A stretch of 64,000 nucleotides of DNA from Buchnera aphidicola (Periphyllus aceris) (GCA_011754245.1 JAAMXG010000001.1:21152-85151); one strand, 5' to 3'; counted from the first letter of the stretch, positions 1-11,362 are shown. Numbers and translations: made by a program. Notes: generated by a model not told the origin, from the letters alone.

Positions 1-515
1 GCAATATTTTCATAATCTGCATCTATTATAAATAAACAATCTGGAAGACCTCCCATATTTTTAATTCCACCTAAACTATTTTCTAATTTTAATAATTTTC
101 TAGTACGAATTAACGCTTCTTTTTTTGTTAACTTATTAAAAGTTCCATCTTTTGATTGTGTTTCTAAATCTTTTAAATATTGTATAGACTGTCTTACAGT
201 TTTCCAATTAGTTAGCATACCTCCTAACCAACGATGATTTACATAATATTGCTTACAAAGTATCGCGCATCGTTTAATTAAATTACTTGCAGATTTTTTT
301 GTACCAACAAACAATATTTTTCCATTCCTAGAATGAATTTTTTTTAATTCTATTAAAGCATTCTCAAACATTGGAAGAGTTTTTTCTAAATTAATAATAT
401 GAATTCGATTTTGAGAACCATATATAAAAGACTTCATTTTAGGATTCCAATAACGAGTTTGATGTCCAAAATGAATTCCAGCTTTTAACATGTCTTTCAT
501 AGAAATATTTATCAT
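1..515 (-). CDS. rpsB: 30S ribosomal protein S2, N-terminal part (gene continues beyond window start)
   Basis: Reverse translation from ATG (515-513) gives [33 protein letters not shown]...[14 protein letters not shown], the conserved S2 N-terminus. It is divergent from map as in E. coli. It is absent from the ORF track because the window edge cuts it. Confidence 0.9.
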   Translation of the reverse strand, partial: MINISMKDMLKAGIHFGHQTRYWNPKMKSFIYGSQNRIHIINLEKTLPMFENALIELKKIHSRNGKILFVGTKKSASNLIKRCAILCKQYYVNHRWLGGMLTNWKTVRQSIQYLKDLETQSKDGTFNKLTKKEALIRTRKLLKLENSLGGIKNMGGLPDCLFIIDADYENI

Positions 516-761
516 ATCTATCCTTTATACTTTAAAAAATAATTTATGTAACAAAAATTTATATAAATTTGTATATTATATATATTATATATAAATTAAT
601 ATAAATATATATTAAATAAATATTAAATTAATAAATATACAAAATTTCTTTATAAAAAATATATTATATATAATATATATTAAAAAAATCATAATAAAAT
701 ATAAAAAAATATAAAAATTTATTTAAATATATTATTTTTTTTAAAAATATAAGGTTTAATC

Positions 762-1532
762 GTGATTATTATAAAAAATAATTTTGATATAAAAAAAATG
801 AAAGAAGTTGGAAAATTAACATCAAATGTATTAGAAATGATTAAAAAACATGTTGTCGAAGGAATTAGTACAAAAGAAATAGATGAAATCTGTCATGACT
901 ATATTTATAATACACAAAAAGTTGTTTCAGCGTGTCTAGGATATAAAGGATATCCAAATTCTACATGTATTTCAGTTAATGATGTAGTATGTCATGGAAT
1001 ACCAAATAAAAATAAAATTTTAAAAAATGGAGATATAGTAAATATAGATATATCTTTAAAAAAAGATGGATATTTTGGAGATTCTTCTCGAATGTTTTTA
1101 GTTGGAAAATGTTCAAAAATAGCAAAAAAATTATGTAAAATAACTAAAAAAAGTTTATATTCTGCTATAAAAATTGTTAAACACGGTATTAAATTAAATA
1201 AAATAGGAAAAAAAATTGAAAAAACTATTAAGAAAAAAAATTTTTCTATTGTAAAAGAATATTGTGGTCATGGTATTGGAAAAAATTTTCATGAAGAACC
1301 ATATGTACTACATTATTATTCTCCACATAATAAAATTATTTTAAAAGAAAATATGATATTCACAATAGAACCAATGATTAATGCAGGAAAAAGAAATATT
1401 ATTTGTGATAAAGATAAATGGACTATAAAAACAAAAGATAAAAGTTTATCTGCGCAATATGAACACACAATTTTAGTTAAAAAAAATGGATATGAAATAT
1501 TAACATTAAGAAAAAATGAAAAAATTTTTTAA
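762..1532 (+). CDS. map: methionine aminopeptidase
   Basis: 256 aa, collinear with E. coli Map (VCHGIP, GDIVNIDIS, EYCGHGIG, FTIEPM, SAQYEHT motifs). GTG start at 762 preceded by AAGG. The N-terminus aligns with E. coli MAISIKTPEDIEKM. Confidence 0.95.
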   Translation: MIIIKNNFDIKKMKEVGKLTSNVLEMIKKHVVEGISTKEIDEICHDYIYNTQKVVSACLGYKGYPNSTCISVNDVVCHGIPNKNKILKNGDIVNIDISLKKDGYFGDSSRMFLVGKCSKIAKKLCKITKKSLYSAIKIVKHGIKLNKIGKKIEKTIKKKNFSIVKEYCGHGIGKNFHEEPYVLHYYSPHNKIILKENMIFTIEPMINAGKRNIICDKDKWTIKTKDKSLSAQYEHTILVKKNGYEILTLRKNEKIF

Positions 1533-1585
1533 AAAAAATTTTATAAAAATATTTAAAAAAAATAAAATATAAAAGAGAAAAATTA

Positions 1586-2413
1586 ATGACAGATTTAAAA
1601 AAAACAATAGAAAAAGCATTTAAAAAAAAAGAAAATAATACACTTAAAAAAAATGATTCAAAAATAATTAAAGCAATATATTCTACCATTAAAATGATTA
1701 ATTTAGGAAAATTAAGAGTTTCAGAAAAAAAAAAGAATAAATGGATTACTCATCAATGGATTAAAAAAGCAATCTTGTTATTTTTATATTTTAAAAAAAG
1801 TAAAATATTTAACGGAAATTTTACAAATTATTACGACAAAATTCCTTTAAAATATGAAAATTACACAAAAAAAAAATTTAAGAAAGATAACATCAGAACA
1901 GTTCCTTCTGCAATAGTACGATATGGATCATTTATTGAAAAAAATACAATACTTATGCCATGTTTTATAAATATTGGTGCATATATTGGAAAAAAAACAA
2001 TGATTGATACATGGTCAACAATAGGTTCATGTGCTCAAATAGGAAAAAATGTACATATATCTGGAGGTGTTGGAATAGGAGGTGTTTTAGAACCATTACA
2101 AAATAATCCAACTATAATTGAAGACAACTGTTTTATTGGAGCAAGATCAGAAATAGTTGAAGGAGTAATAATTGAAAAAGGTTCAGTAATTTCAATGGGA
2201 GTATTTATTGGAAAGAGTACAAAAATTTATGATCGAGAAAAAGATAAAATTTATTTTGGAAGAGTTCCAAAAAAATCAGTTGTAGTTTCTGGAAGTTTAC
2301 CATCAAAAAATAAAAAATATAACTTATATAGTGCAATTATAGTAAAAAAAGTTGATTCTAAAACATTAACAAAAGTTGAACTTAATAATTTATTAAGAGG
2401 AAATGTTAAATAA
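1586..2413 (+). CDS. dapD: 2,3,4,5-tetrahydropyridine-2,6-dicarboxylate N-succinyltransferase (lysine/DAP pathway)
   Basis: 275 aa. [23 protein letters not shown] and hexapeptide-repeat C-terminal half ([40 protein letters not shown]) match DapD. map-dapD neighbourhood as in enterics. Confidence 0.93.
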   Translation: MTDLKKTIEKAFKKKENNTLKKNDSKIIKAIYSTIKMINLGKLRVSEKKKNKWITHQWIKKAILLFLYFKKSKIFNGNFTNYYDKIPLKYENYTKKKFKKDNIRTVPSAIVRYGSFIEKNTILMPCFINIGAYIGKKTMIDTWSTIGSCAQIGKNVHISGGVGIGGVLEPLQNNPTIIEDNCFIGARSEIVEGVIIEKGSVISMGVFIGKSTKIYDREKDKIYFGRVPKKSVVVSGSLPSKNKKYNLYSAIIVKKVDSKTLTKVELNNLLRGNVK

Positions 2414-2456
2414 ATTTTTATACTTTAAAAAAATATTTTTAAAAAATTCTTAAAAA

Positions 2457-2482
2457 CCGCCCAATTTTTTTAAATAGGGCGG
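2457..2482. terminator. GC-rich hairpin between convergent dapD and degP (bidirectional intrinsic terminator candidate)
   Basis: CCGCCC (2457-2462) pairs with GGGCGG (2477-2482) across a 14-nt loop. Followed on + strand by T-rich run (T12 2495-2506, T9 2508-2516) and on - strand by TTTTTA. It is the only G/C cluster in the spacer. Confidence 0.7.
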
Positions 2483-2522
2483 GAAAATTTTTTATTTTTT
2501 TTTTTTGTTTTTTTTTAAACAA

Positions 2523-4034
2523 CTAAAGAACTTTAAAAAATAACTTATTATATCTAATTATTTTTAATAAAATAACATTTTTATTAATAGATAAAGCTTC
2601 TTTTAATGTCTTAAGATCTTTAACTGGCTTCATATTTACTTCAACTATAATATCATTTTTTAATAAACCAGATCTTTTAACAAAACTTTTGTCTAAAAGC
2701 CTATTTATTCTAACACCTTGAGCATCAGGTAAATAAAATTTTCCAATTTTTTTATTTTCTATATCTTTTAATAATTTATCTCTATCATAAGTAGATATTA
2801 CAGCTCCTTGCAATTTATAATGCAAACTACCAGAATAAACAAAATTTGGAGTATAGCTTTTTAATTCAGGTGAAATATCATAATAACTATCATTCCTAAA
2901 AATCTTTAATGCAATAGTATCATCAGCAGAATAATTTGTTAAAATTCTTCTTAAAGAATAAGAATCTTCTATATCTTGATTATCTGCAGAAGTTATAATA
3001 TCTCCAACTTTTATACCAGAAATTTCTGCAGCGGAATTTTTATTTACAACATTAACAACTACAGCTGATTTTTTTAAAGGTAATTTTAATTCATCAATAG
3101 AACTTTTTGAAAGCGTTGACACAGACATTCCTAAATGACCAAAATTAATTTTCCCATACTTTAATATATTTTTTACAAATCTAATAACAGAATTACTTGG
3201 TATAGAAAATCCAAGACCAATATTTCCTGACTCAACACTACTAGAAATCATAGAAGTATTAATGCCAATTAATTCACCTTTTATATTAAATAAAGGCCCT
3301 CCAGAATTTCCATGATTAATTGCAGCATCTGTTTGAATAAAATTATCAAAAATACTTTTTGGATTAACGATTCTTTCTAAATATGATATAATTCCTAAAG
3401 TTACAGAATTTTTTAAATTATATGGACTTCCAATAGCAAAAACAGGATCTCCAATATTTAAATTATCCGAACTAGAAATTTTTACAGAAGGTAAATCTTT
3501 TGCATCAATTAATTTTAATAATGCTAAATCAAATTTTCTATTTGTTCCAACTATTTTGGCGACATATTCCTTTCCATTAGTTAAAGAAACAACTATTTTT
3601 GAAGCATGACTAACAACATGATAATTAGTAATGACATAAGATTTCTCAGAATCAATAATAATTCCAGATCCTAACTTACTACTTTTTGCGTTAGTAATAA
3701 TCCTTGGATTTATTTTTTTTGTTGATAAAAAATTTTTCAAAATATGATTATTATATTTAGAAAAACGTGAGTAAGAAGAAGATAAAATATCAGTTTTATT
3801 TTGATAAGAAGAATCATAACAATAACCATGATACAAATTGTTAAAATCAGTGATAACTCTTACCACAGAAGGTAAAATTTTTTTTATTACAGGAGATAAA
3901 TTATAATCCTTATGTTGAGAATTATTTTTTATTTCATTTTGATCTGAACAAAATACAGATTTCGAAAAAAATATTCCCATTGATAAAACAAACATTAAAA
4001 TTAAAAACTTTATAAATGATACTATTTTTTTCAT
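2523..4034 (-). CDS. degP: periplasmic serine endoprotease/chaperone DegP (HtrA family)
   Basis: Signal-peptide-like N-terminus MKKIVSFIKFLILMFVLSMGIFF. Catalytic triad contexts TNYHVV, DLALLKL, GNSGGPL. Two PDZ-like C-terminal regions. The ORF track starts at a TTG (4046); the ATG at 4034 is the more likely start. TAG stop. Confidence 0.9.
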   Translation of the reverse strand: MKKIVSFIKFLILMFVLSMGIFFSKSVFCSDQNEIKNNSQHKDYNLSPVIKKILPSVVRVITDFNNLYHGYCYDSSYQNKTDILSSSYSRFSKYNNHILKNFLSTKKINPRIITNAKSSKLGSGIIIDSEKSYVITNYHVVSHASKIVVSLTNGKEYVAKIVGTNRKFDLALLKLIDAKDLPSVKISSSDNLNIGDPVFAIGSPYNLKNSVTLGIISYLERIVNPKSIFDNFIQTDAAINHGNSGGPLFNIKGELIGINTSMISSSVESGNIGLGFSIPSNSVIRFVKNILKYGKINFGHLGMSVSTLSKSSIDELKLPLKKSAVVVNVVNKNSAAEISGIKVGDIITSADNQDIEDSYSLRRILTNYSADDTIALKIFRNDSYYDISPELKSYTPNFVYSGSLHYKLQGAVISTYDRDKLLKDIENKKIGKFYLPDAQGVRINRLLDKSFVKRSGLLKNDIIVEVNMKPVKDLKTLKEALSINKNVILLKIIRYNKLFFKVL

Positions 4035-4620
4035 ATTTTTTCTCAAATATTAAAATTTAATTTTCTTTATTTAATAAAAATTATTTTAAAATTTTTATCA
4101 AAAATAAATATAATACAATCTAAAAATATATATACTATAAAAAAAATTAAATACAGTATAATAAAATTATTTTAAAAAATTTTTTATAAAAATTACATAT
4201 AAAAATAATAAAATTTTTATTAATTATTTACTATTTTATAATAATAAAATAAAAATTTTTTTTTAAACAAATAAAACATATAATAGTTTTAATTTAAAAT
4301 AAATTTATTCTAAAACAATAAATATATTAATCAAAAAATTAAAATTTTTTATGAACTATTCTTTTAAAAATTATATAAATTTTTTAATATTTCTTATTAT
4401 ATATAAATAAAAAAAATAAATTAATTATATATTATATAAAAAAATATATTATAAATATTTTTTTTAAAAAAAAATAAAAAAAAAATAAAATAAAAAAATA
4501 ATATATTCGTATTACTATACAATTATTTTCTTTAAAAAAAATAAAATTATATATTTTTTAATAAATCATATTATATAATTAAATCATATTTCATTTTAAA
4601 CAAATATATGAGAACATTCT

Positions 4621-6348
4621 ATGAAAATTTTTTCAGGAGCAGAAATTCTTATAAAATCATTAATTGATGAAAAAGTAAAATATATTTTTGGATATCCAGG
4701 AGGAGCAATTTTAGAAATATATGATGCTTTAAACAAAATAAAAAAAATAAAACATATTTTAGTCAGACATGAACAAGCAGCTACACATATGGCAGATGGA
4801 TATGCAAGATCTACAGGAAAATCTGGAGTGGTTTTAGTGACTTCAGGTCCTGGTGCTACTAATGCAATAACAGGAATTGCTACTGCTTATATGGATTCAA
4901 TACCAATGATTGTTATCTCAGGACAGGTTGATTCAAATTTAATTGGATATGATTCTTTTCAAGAATGCGACATGATTGGAATTTCAAGACCTATAGTTAA
5001 ACATAGTTTTTTAATAAAAAAAACACAAGATATACCATATATTATAAAAAAATCTTTTTTTATTGCTTGTACAGGACGTCCTGGACCAGTTGTAATAGAT
5101 ATACCAAAAAACATTTTATCAAAAAAAAAAAGACCTTATTTATTTCCTAATTATGTTAATATTCGTTCCTATAAACAAAAATTTAAAATTAAAAAACATA
5201 TTATAAAAACAGTGTTACAAAAAATAATAAAATCAAAAAAACCAGTAATATATATCGGAGGAGGAATCATAAATTCAAATAGCTCCAAAGAATTAAAATA
5301 TTTCGTAAAAAAATTAAATATTCCAGTGACAAACTCTCTTATGGCTTTAGGTGGTTTTCCAGGAACGAATAAAAATAATCTTGGAATGTTAGGTATGCAT
5401 GGAACGTATTCTGCTAACATGAGTATGCATTACTCTGATTTAATTCTAGCATTAGGAGTTAGATTTGATGATCGAACCACGAATAATGTAAAAAAATATT
5501 GCCCATATGCAAATATTATTCATATTGATATAGATCCAACATCTATTTCAAAAACAATAAAAAAAACAAATCTAGGAATTGTAGGAAATATTAAAGAAAT
5601 ACTTCAAAAAATGAATTTTTTATTAAAAAATAATAAAAAAAAATACAAAAGAAAATATAAATCATGGTGGAAAAAAATTGAAAAATGGAAAAAAATAAAA
5701 ATTCATAAATATAACAAAAATACATCATATATTAAACCACAAAAAGTTATTCAAACTATTTTTAAGTTAACTAAAGGAAAATTTTATATTACTTCTGATG
5801 TAGGACAACATCAAATGTTTACAGCTTTATATTATTTGTTTGATAAACCGAGAAGATGGATTAATTCTGGAGGATTAGGAACAATGGGATTTGGATTTCC
5901 AGCAGCTCTAGGAGTAAAATTAGCCTATCCAAAAAAAAATATAATTTGTATTACAGGAGATGGAAGTATTCAAATGAATATACAAGAACTTTCTACTGCT
6001 ATGCAATATAAATTACCAATTTTAATATTAAACTTAAATAATAGTGCTTTAGGTATGGTAAAACAATGGCAAGATATAATTTATTCTGGAAGACATTCTC
6101 AATCATATATGAAATCTTTACCAAATTTTATAAAATTAGTAGAATCTTATGGACATGTTGGAATATCTATATCTAATAAAAAAGAATTAAAAAAAAAGTT
6201 AAAAAAATCTCTAATGTATCTTTCTCAAAAAAAATTAGTATTTGTAGATATTAAAATAGATCAATCTGAACATGTATATCCAATGCAAATTAAAGGTGAA
6301 TCTATGAAAGATATGATTTTTGAAAAAAAAAAAAGTGATAACAAATGA
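4621..6348 (+). CDS. ilvI: acetolactate synthase (AHAS III) large subunit
   Basis: 575 aa. N-terminus [37 protein letters not shown] is collinear with E. coli IlvI. ThDP motif [15 protein letters not shown]...[12 protein letters not shown]. Confidence 0.95.
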   Translation: MKIFSGAEILIKSLIDEKVKYIFGYPGGAILEIYDALNKIKKIKHILVRHEQAATHMADGYARSTGKSGVVLVTSGPGATNAITGIATAYMDSIPMIVISGQVDSNLIGYDSFQECDMIGISRPIVKHSFLIKKTQDIPYIIKKSFFIACTGRPGPVVIDIPKNILSKKKRPYLFPNYVNIRSYKQKFKIKKHIIKTVLQKIIKSKKPVIYIGGGIINSNSSKELKYFVKKLNIPVTNSLMALGGFPGTNKNNLGMLGMHGTYSANMSMHYSDLILALGVRFDDRTTNNVKKYCPYANIIHIDIDPTSISKTIKKTNLGIVGNIKEILQKMNFLLKNNKKKYKRKYKSWWKKIEKWKKIKIHKYNKNTSYIKPQKVIQTIFKLTKGKFYITSDVGQHQMFTALYYLFDKPRRWINSGGLGTMGFGFPAALGVKLAYPKKNIICITGDGSIQMNIQELSTAMQYKLPILILNLNNSALGMVKQWQDIIYSGRHSQSYMKSLPNFIKLVESYGHVGISISNKKELKKKLKKSLMYLSQKKLVFVDIKIDQSEHVYPMQIKGESMKDMIFEKKKSDNK

Positions 6349-6845
6349 TTAAAACAATATTATTAATTCTCGTAGAAAATAAATCAGACGTGCTTTCTAG
6401 AATAATAAATTTATTTTCAAAAACTGGATACATAATTAAAAATATCACAATATCAAAAACAATAAAAGATAAAACACTCTCTTATATACATGTTAAAATA
6501 ATTGGAAAAAAAAATTTTTTTTCTCAAATTCAAAAACAACTATATAAATTAATTGATGTGTTACAAGTGCAACAAATAGATAAAAAAACACATATTCAAA
6601 GAGAAATTTTATTAATTAAATTTAAATTAAAAAATAAATGTACAAAAAAAATAATAAAAACAATTAAACGCTTTAAAATAAATATTATTTCTATTTATAA
6701 AAAAAAATATATAATAAAACTATCAAAGAAGAAAAAAAAAATAAAAAAAATTATAAAAAAAATAGAAAAAATTGGAAAAATAATAGAAATATCTAGATCA
6801 GGAATTATTAGTATTTCTAGAATAAAAAAAATAAAATCAAATTAA
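6345..6845 (+). CDS. ilvH: acetolactate synthase small (regulatory) subunit, highly lysine-enriched
   Basis: 166 aa, ATGA overlap with ilvI. Collinear with E. coli IlvH: ACT-like N-terminus [38 protein letters not shown]-terminal [12 protein letters not shown]. Confidence 0.85.
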   Translation: MIKTILLILVENKSDVLSRIINLFSKTGYIIKNITISKTIKDKTLSYIHVKIIGKKNFFSQIQKQLYKLIDVLQVQQIDKKTHIQREILLIKFKLKNKCTKKIIKTIKRFKINIISIYKKKYIIKLSKKKKKIKKIIKKIEKIGKIIEISRSGIISISRIKKIKSN

Positions 6846-6856
6846 TTTTAAAAAAT

Positions 6857-7786
6857 ATGCATACTCCTGTATTACTTAAAAAATCTATTAAATTTTTAAA
6901 AATAAAAAAAAATGGAATCTATATTGATGCAACTTTTGGATGTGGAGGTCATAGTAAAAAAATTTTAAAAAAATTAGGATCTCAAGGAAAATTATATGTA
7001 ATTGATAAAGATCCAGAATCGATTAAAATAGCAAAAAAAATCAAAGATTCTAGAATAAAAATTATTAAAGGATCCTTTTCACAAATATATAAATATTGTA
7101 CAAAATATAAAATTTTAAGAAAAATTAATGGAATTATTTTAGATTTAGGAATTTCATCTTTACAACTTAATAACTCTAAAAGAGGATTTTCTTTTAAAAA
7201 AGATGGACCTTTAGATATGAGAATGAATCAAAAAAAAGGAATAACAGCATCAAAATGGATCATGAATGCAACAGAAAAAAAAATATCTGAAGTTTTAAAA
7301 AAATATGGAGAAGAAAGATATTCTAAAAAAATCGCATCAAATATTACAAAATATAAAAAAAAAAAAAAAATAAAAAGAACACAACAATTATCTAAAATTA
7401 TAAAAAAATCTCTTCCATATCAAAAAAAACATCCTTCTAGAAGAAGTTTTCAAGCAATTAGAATTTATTTAAATAATGAATTATATGAATTAAAAAAATT
7501 TTTAAAAAATATATTAAAAATATTAAAACCTAAGGGAAGATTATGCATAATTAGTTTTCATTCATTAGAAGATCGAATAATAAAAAATTTTATGTTTAAA
7601 CATAGTAGAAAAATACCAAATTTTCCAAGTTCTATTCCATTTACTGAAAAAGAACTTATAAAATTAAATAAAAAAAAATGTAAATTAAAAATATATAAAA
7701 AAATATTTCCTACAAAAAAAGAAATTTTCAATAACTTAAGATCAAGAAGTGCTATTTTAAGAATAGCAGAATTTAAAAAAATATAA
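6857..7786 (+). CDS. rsmH: 16S rRNA (cytosine1402-N4)-methyltransferase
   Basis: 309 aa. HTPVLL, IYIDATFGCGGHS, ILDLGISSLQL, RGFSF..DGPLDMRM, ISFHSLEDRI, SRSAILRIAE motifs of RsmH/MraW. Confidence 0.93.
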   Translation: MHTPVLLKKSIKFLKIKKNGIYIDATFGCGGHSKKILKKLGSQGKLYVIDKDPESIKIAKKIKDSRIKIIKGSFSQIYKYCTKYKILRKINGIILDLGISSLQLNNSKRGFSFKKDGPLDMRMNQKKGITASKWIMNATEKKISEVLKKYGEERYSKKIASNITKYKKKKKIKRTQQLSKIIKKSLPYQKKHPSRRSFQAIRIYLNNELYELKKFLKNILKILKPKGRLCIISFHSLEDRIIKNFMFKHSRKIPNFPSSIPFTEKELIKLNKKKCKLKIYKKIFPTKKEIFNNLRSRSAILRIAEFKKI

Positions 7787-7956
7787 ATAAATAAAAAACA
7801 TTGATTTTAAAAAAAAAAAAAAAAAATAATAAAAACTAAAAAAATATTTTAATTAATATTTTAAAATAAATTTTCACAAAAATTTTTTATTTTTCTAAAA
7901 AAAAGAAATAAGAATAACAATTTTAAAAATAATTTTTATTAATAAAGAGTTTAATA

Positions 7957-9192
7957 ATGATAAAATTAAAAAATAAAAAAATCGTAGTAGGATTAGATAT
8001 TGGTACTACGAAAATCGCTTCTTTAGTAGGAGAAATTTTACCAAACAAAAAAATAAATATTATTGGATTGGGAAATTCTCGTTCTAAAGGAATTAATAAA
8101 GGAGATATAAATAATTTAGAATCAATTATTAAATGTATAAAAAAATCTATTAATCAAGCAGAAAGAATGTCAAAACACAAAATATATTCTATAAATTTAT
8201 CTTTTTCTAATAAATATATTAATTATATGAATGAAGTTGGAATGGTTAAAATAAAAAAAAATGAAGTAAAAATTAACGATATAAAAAAAGTATTAAAAAC
8301 TGCTAAATCTATTCGAATAAAAGATAAATATCATATTTTACATGTAATTCCTCAAGAATACACTATCGATGAACAAAAAGGAATTAAAAATCCTTTAGGT
8401 TTATCAGGAATTAGAATGCAATCAAAAGTACATTTAATAACTTCTAATTATAACATAGAAAAAAATATTGTGAAAGCTATAGAACAATGCAAACTAAAAA
8501 TAAATAAAATAATTTTTTCAGGATTAGCATCGAGCAAAGCAGTTTTAACAAAAGAAGAAAAAAAACTAGGTGTATGTATGATTGATATAGGAGGAGGAAC
8601 AATGGATATTTTAATATATATTGATGGATCTTTACAACATAGCCAAGTTATTCCTTATGCAGGAAATATTATTACTCAAGATATATCTTATGCATTTTCT
8701 TCTCCAATATCAGATGCAGAAAAAATAAAAATAAAATATGGATGTGCATCAGGATTTCTACAAGAAAATTTAAACAATATAAAAATTACAAAATCTAAAA
8801 ATAATGAATCACAAGTTTTAAACCAAGAAAAATTAACAGAAGTAATTGAATTAAGATGTATAGAACTATTAGAATTAGTAAATAAAAATATTTTAAAATT
8901 ACAAAAAAAATTTCAAAACAAAGGATATAAATATAATTTAAATAGTGGAATTGTATTAACAGGAGGAGTTTCTAATACCAAATTCTTTACTGATTGTGCT
9001 GAAAGAATTTTTCAACTTCCTGTAAGAATAGGATGTTCAAAAAATATTACTGGATTAATCAATCATGTAAAAATGCCTGAATACTCAACTGTTGTAGGAT
9101 TACTCCATTATAATAAAAAAAAAAATAATAAAAAAAATTTTTTTAAAAAAAATACTTGGTTATATAAAATTCATAATTGGTTTAACTCATAA
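7957..9192 (+). CDS. ftsA: cell division protein FtsA
   Basis: 411 aa, collinear with E. coli FtsA (VVGLDIGTTKIASLVGE, VIPQEYTIDEQKGIKNPLGLSG, GVCMIDIGGGTMDI, VIPYAGN). C-terminal amphipathic TWLYKIHNWF retained. Confidence 0.95.
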   Translation: MIKLKNKKIVVGLDIGTTKIASLVGEILPNKKINIIGLGNSRSKGINKGDINNLESIIKCIKKSINQAERMSKHKIYSINLSFSNKYINYMNEVGMVKIKKNEVKINDIKKVLKTAKSIRIKDKYHILHVIPQEYTIDEQKGIKNPLGLSGIRMQSKVHLITSNYNIEKNIVKAIEQCKLKINKIIFSGLASSKAVLTKEEKKLGVCMIDIGGGTMDILIYIDGSLQHSQVIPYAGNIITQDISYAFSSPISDAEKIKIKYGCASGFLQENLNNIKITKSKNNESQVLNQEKLTEVIELRCIELLELVNKNILKLQKKFQNKGYKYNLNSGIVLTGGVSNTKFFTDCAERIFQLPVRIGCSKNITGLINHVKMPEYSTVVGLLHYNKKKNNKKNFFKKNTWLYKIHNWFNS

Positions 9193-9260
9193 AAAATATT
9201 AAAAAAAAATATTTTAAAAAATTTATCAAAAAATAAATTATAATCTTGGAGATTTATAAA

Positions 9261-10412
9261 ATGTTTGAATCAGTAGAAGTAGGAAGCGACGCCGTTATTA
9301 AAGTTATTGGAGTAGGAGGAGGTGGAGGAAATGCCGTAGAATATATGGTAAAAGAAAAAATTGAAGGAGTAGAATTTTTTGCAATCAATACAGATGCTCA
9401 AGCTTTAAGAAAAATTGAAGTCAGTCAAATAATTCAAATTGGAACAAATATTACAAAAGGATTAGGTGCAGGCGCAAATCCAGAAATTGGAAAAACTTCA
9501 GCAGAAGAAGACAAAGAAATTATAAAAACTGCTCTTGAAGGTGCAGATATGATTTTTATTGCTGCAGGTATGGGTGGAGGAACAGGAACTGGAGCAGCTC
9601 CAGTTATTGCAGAAGTTGCAAAATCATTAGGTATATTAACTGTTGCAGTTGTTACAAAGCCATTTCATTTTGAAGGAAAAAAAAGAATGTTATGTGCGGA
9701 TCAAGGAATTATAGAATTGTCAAAATATGTAGATTCATTAATAATTATTCCAAATGATAAATTATTAAAAGTTTTAAATAGAGGAATTTCTTTACTTGAT
9801 GCATTTAGTGCTGCAAATAACGTTTTAAAAGGAGCTGTTCAAGGAATAGCAGAACTAATAACAAGACCTGGTTTGATGAACGTTGATTTTGCAGATGTTA
9901 GAACAGTTATGTCAGAAATGGGATATTCTATGATGGGAACAGGAATTTCTTCTGGAGAAAATAGATCCGAAGAAGCTGCTGAAATAGCAATTTCTAGTCC
10001 TTTGTTAGAAGATGTTGATTTATCAGGAGCACAAGGAGTTCTAGTAAATATTACTGCTGGACTTAATTTAAGGTTAGATGAATTTGAAATGGTTGGAAAT
10101 ACCATTAGAGCTTTTTCATCTGATAATGCTACAGTAGTTATAGGAACATCTTTAGACCCAGAAATGAATGACGAATTAAGAGTAACAGTAGTAGCAACAG
10201 GTATTGGTTTAGAAAGACAATTAGAAAATACTACTAAAAACAATAAAAATAATTCAAAAAATGACATATTAAACGATTATAGATATAAAAAATTAAATAA
10301 ATTAAATGCTTCTAAACATATTCAAAATCAAAAAAACACAAATCACGAACAAAAATATTCTCATAAAAATAAATCATACTTAGATATTCCAACATTTTTA
10401 AGAAAAAAATAA
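9261..10412 (+). CDS. ftsZ: cell division GTPase FtsZ
   Basis: [36 protein letters not shown] tubulin signature, C-terminal [11 protein letters not shown]. The ORF track opens at TTG 9246, but ATG 9261 aligns with E. coli MFEPMEL and is preceded by GGAG (9248-9251). Confidence 0.96.
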   Translation: MFESVEVGSDAVIKVIGVGGGGGNAVEYMVKEKIEGVEFFAINTDAQALRKIEVSQIIQIGTNITKGLGAGANPEIGKTSAEEDKEIIKTALEGADMIFIAAGMGGGTGTGAAPVIAEVAKSLGILTVAVVTKPFHFEGKKRMLCADQGIIELSKYVDSLIIIPNDKLLKVLNRGISLLDAFSAANNVLKGAVQGIAELITRPGLMNVDFADVRTVMSEMGYSMMGTGISSGENRSEEAAEIAISSPLLEDVDLSGAQGVLVNITAGLNLRLDEFEMVGNTIRAFSSDNATVVIGTSLDPEMNDELRVTVVATGIGLERQLENTTKNNKNNSKNDILNDYRYKKLNKLNASKHIQNQKNTNHEQKYSHKNKSYLDIPTFLRKK

Positions 10413-10492
10413 AAAAATCTTCAAACAAAATTTATCACTTAAAAAAATATTTTAAAAAAAATAAAAAGTTTATAAATAAAGAGAAAAAATGA

Positions 10493-10837
10493 ATGAAAAA
10501 ACTATTTAAAAAAAAAATTCAATTAACTCATTCCGCTTCTTCTTATATAAAAAATTTAATTAAAAATGAAAAAAATAAAAATACAAAATTTAGAATATAT
10601 ATCACAGGAGGTGGATGTAGCGGCTTTGAATACGGATTTAAATTAGAAAAAAAATATAATTTAAATGATATTGTTTTTATAAAATCAAATATTCCGATAA
10701 TTATTGATCCTATTAGTATGCAATACCTAATAGGTGGAAAAATTGATTATGTTGAAAATTTAAATGGTTCAAAATTTGTCATAAATAATCCTAATGCGAA
10801 ATCAACTTGTAGTTGTGGAACATCTTTTAATATATAA
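10493..10837 (+). CDS. erpA: A-type iron-sulfur cluster insertion/carrier protein (ErpA/IscA family)
   Basis: 114 aa. [11 protein letters not shown] and C-terminal CSCGTSF cysteine ligands typical of HesB/IscA/ErpA. The erpA (yadR) call over iscA rests on remembered Buchnera synteny. Confidence 0.8.
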   Translation: MKKLFKKKIQLTHSASSYIKNLIKNEKNKNTKFRIYITGGGCSGFEYGFKLEKKYNLNDIVFIKSNIPIIIDPISMQYLIGGKIDYVENLNGSKFVINNPNAKSTCSCGTSFNI

Positions 10838-10883
10838 AAAAAATATTAAAAAATTTTTAAAAATATAATTAAAAATGTTATTT

Positions 10884-10969
<86 letters not shown>

Positions 10970-11362
10970 AAAATAAAAAATATTTATAACTTTTTAATCA
11001 ATATATTTTAAAAAATTATTTTATAAAATTTTCAAAAATAAAGAAGATTTTACAATAACAATTATATATTAATTTTACAAAATTAAATATATTGAGTTAT
11101 TAATATACATATCTAGAAAATAAAAATATTTCTAAAAAAAAGTTATTTAAAAAATAAATAATAATTAATCAATATATTTAAAAAATAATAATTTTATTAA
11201 TCAAATAAAAAAATTAATAAGAAAATTTCTAATAAATAATAAATTTACAAAAAAATATTTTAATTTATTCTATATAATTAACAGATCTTAATAAAATAAT
11301 ATGAAAAATATAAAAAAAAATATGAAAAAATAAATAAATAATTATTTTTTTTAAATTAAAAA

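Noticed and set aside
516-761. TA-rich low-complexity repeats in spacers (e.g. rpsB/map 516-761, 4047-4620) as CRISPR or tandem-repeat arrays
   Set aside because: There is no regular repeat-spacer periodicity and no conserved repeat unit. It is simple A/T low complexity, typical of eroded intergenic DNA.
1477-1689. Short ORFs from the track that overlap real genes on the opposite strand or bridge spacers. They are 1477-1689, 5169-5420, 11737-11979, 13260-13568, 24858-25049, 26380-26580, 27035-27241, 27418-27651, 27960-28244, 29626-29850, 41879-42163, 43526-43717, 44079-44288, 46781-46981, 53612-53812 and 56626-56823.
   Set aside because: All are 63-102 aa, Phe/Ile/Leu/Lys low-complexity translations of the reverse strand of strongly supported genes. 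They have no start context and no homology that I recognise. They are typical artefacts of AT-rich sequence.
4608-4667. Out-of-frame upstream ATG ([19 protein letters not shown]) overlapping the ilvI start
   Set aside because: It has no SD and no branched-chain codon enrichment. The ilvI N-terminus from ATG 4621 aligns exactly with E. coli IlvI, so the uORF is probably fortuitous.
9261-10200. Locally elevated G+C in ftsZ (also nuoCD, prs, lpdA) as a sign of horizontal transfer
   Set aside because: The G+C rise tracks highly conserved Gly/Ala-rich protein cores of vertically inherited housekeeping genes in conserved synteny. It reflects selective constraint, not foreign origin.
9839-10267. 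142-aa ORF antisense to ftsZ
   Set aside because: It lies entirely within and opposite the well-supported ftsZ gene. ftsZ is relatively G/C-rich (Gly/Ala/Val codons), so the opposite strand lacks stop codons by chance. The product has no recognisable motifs.
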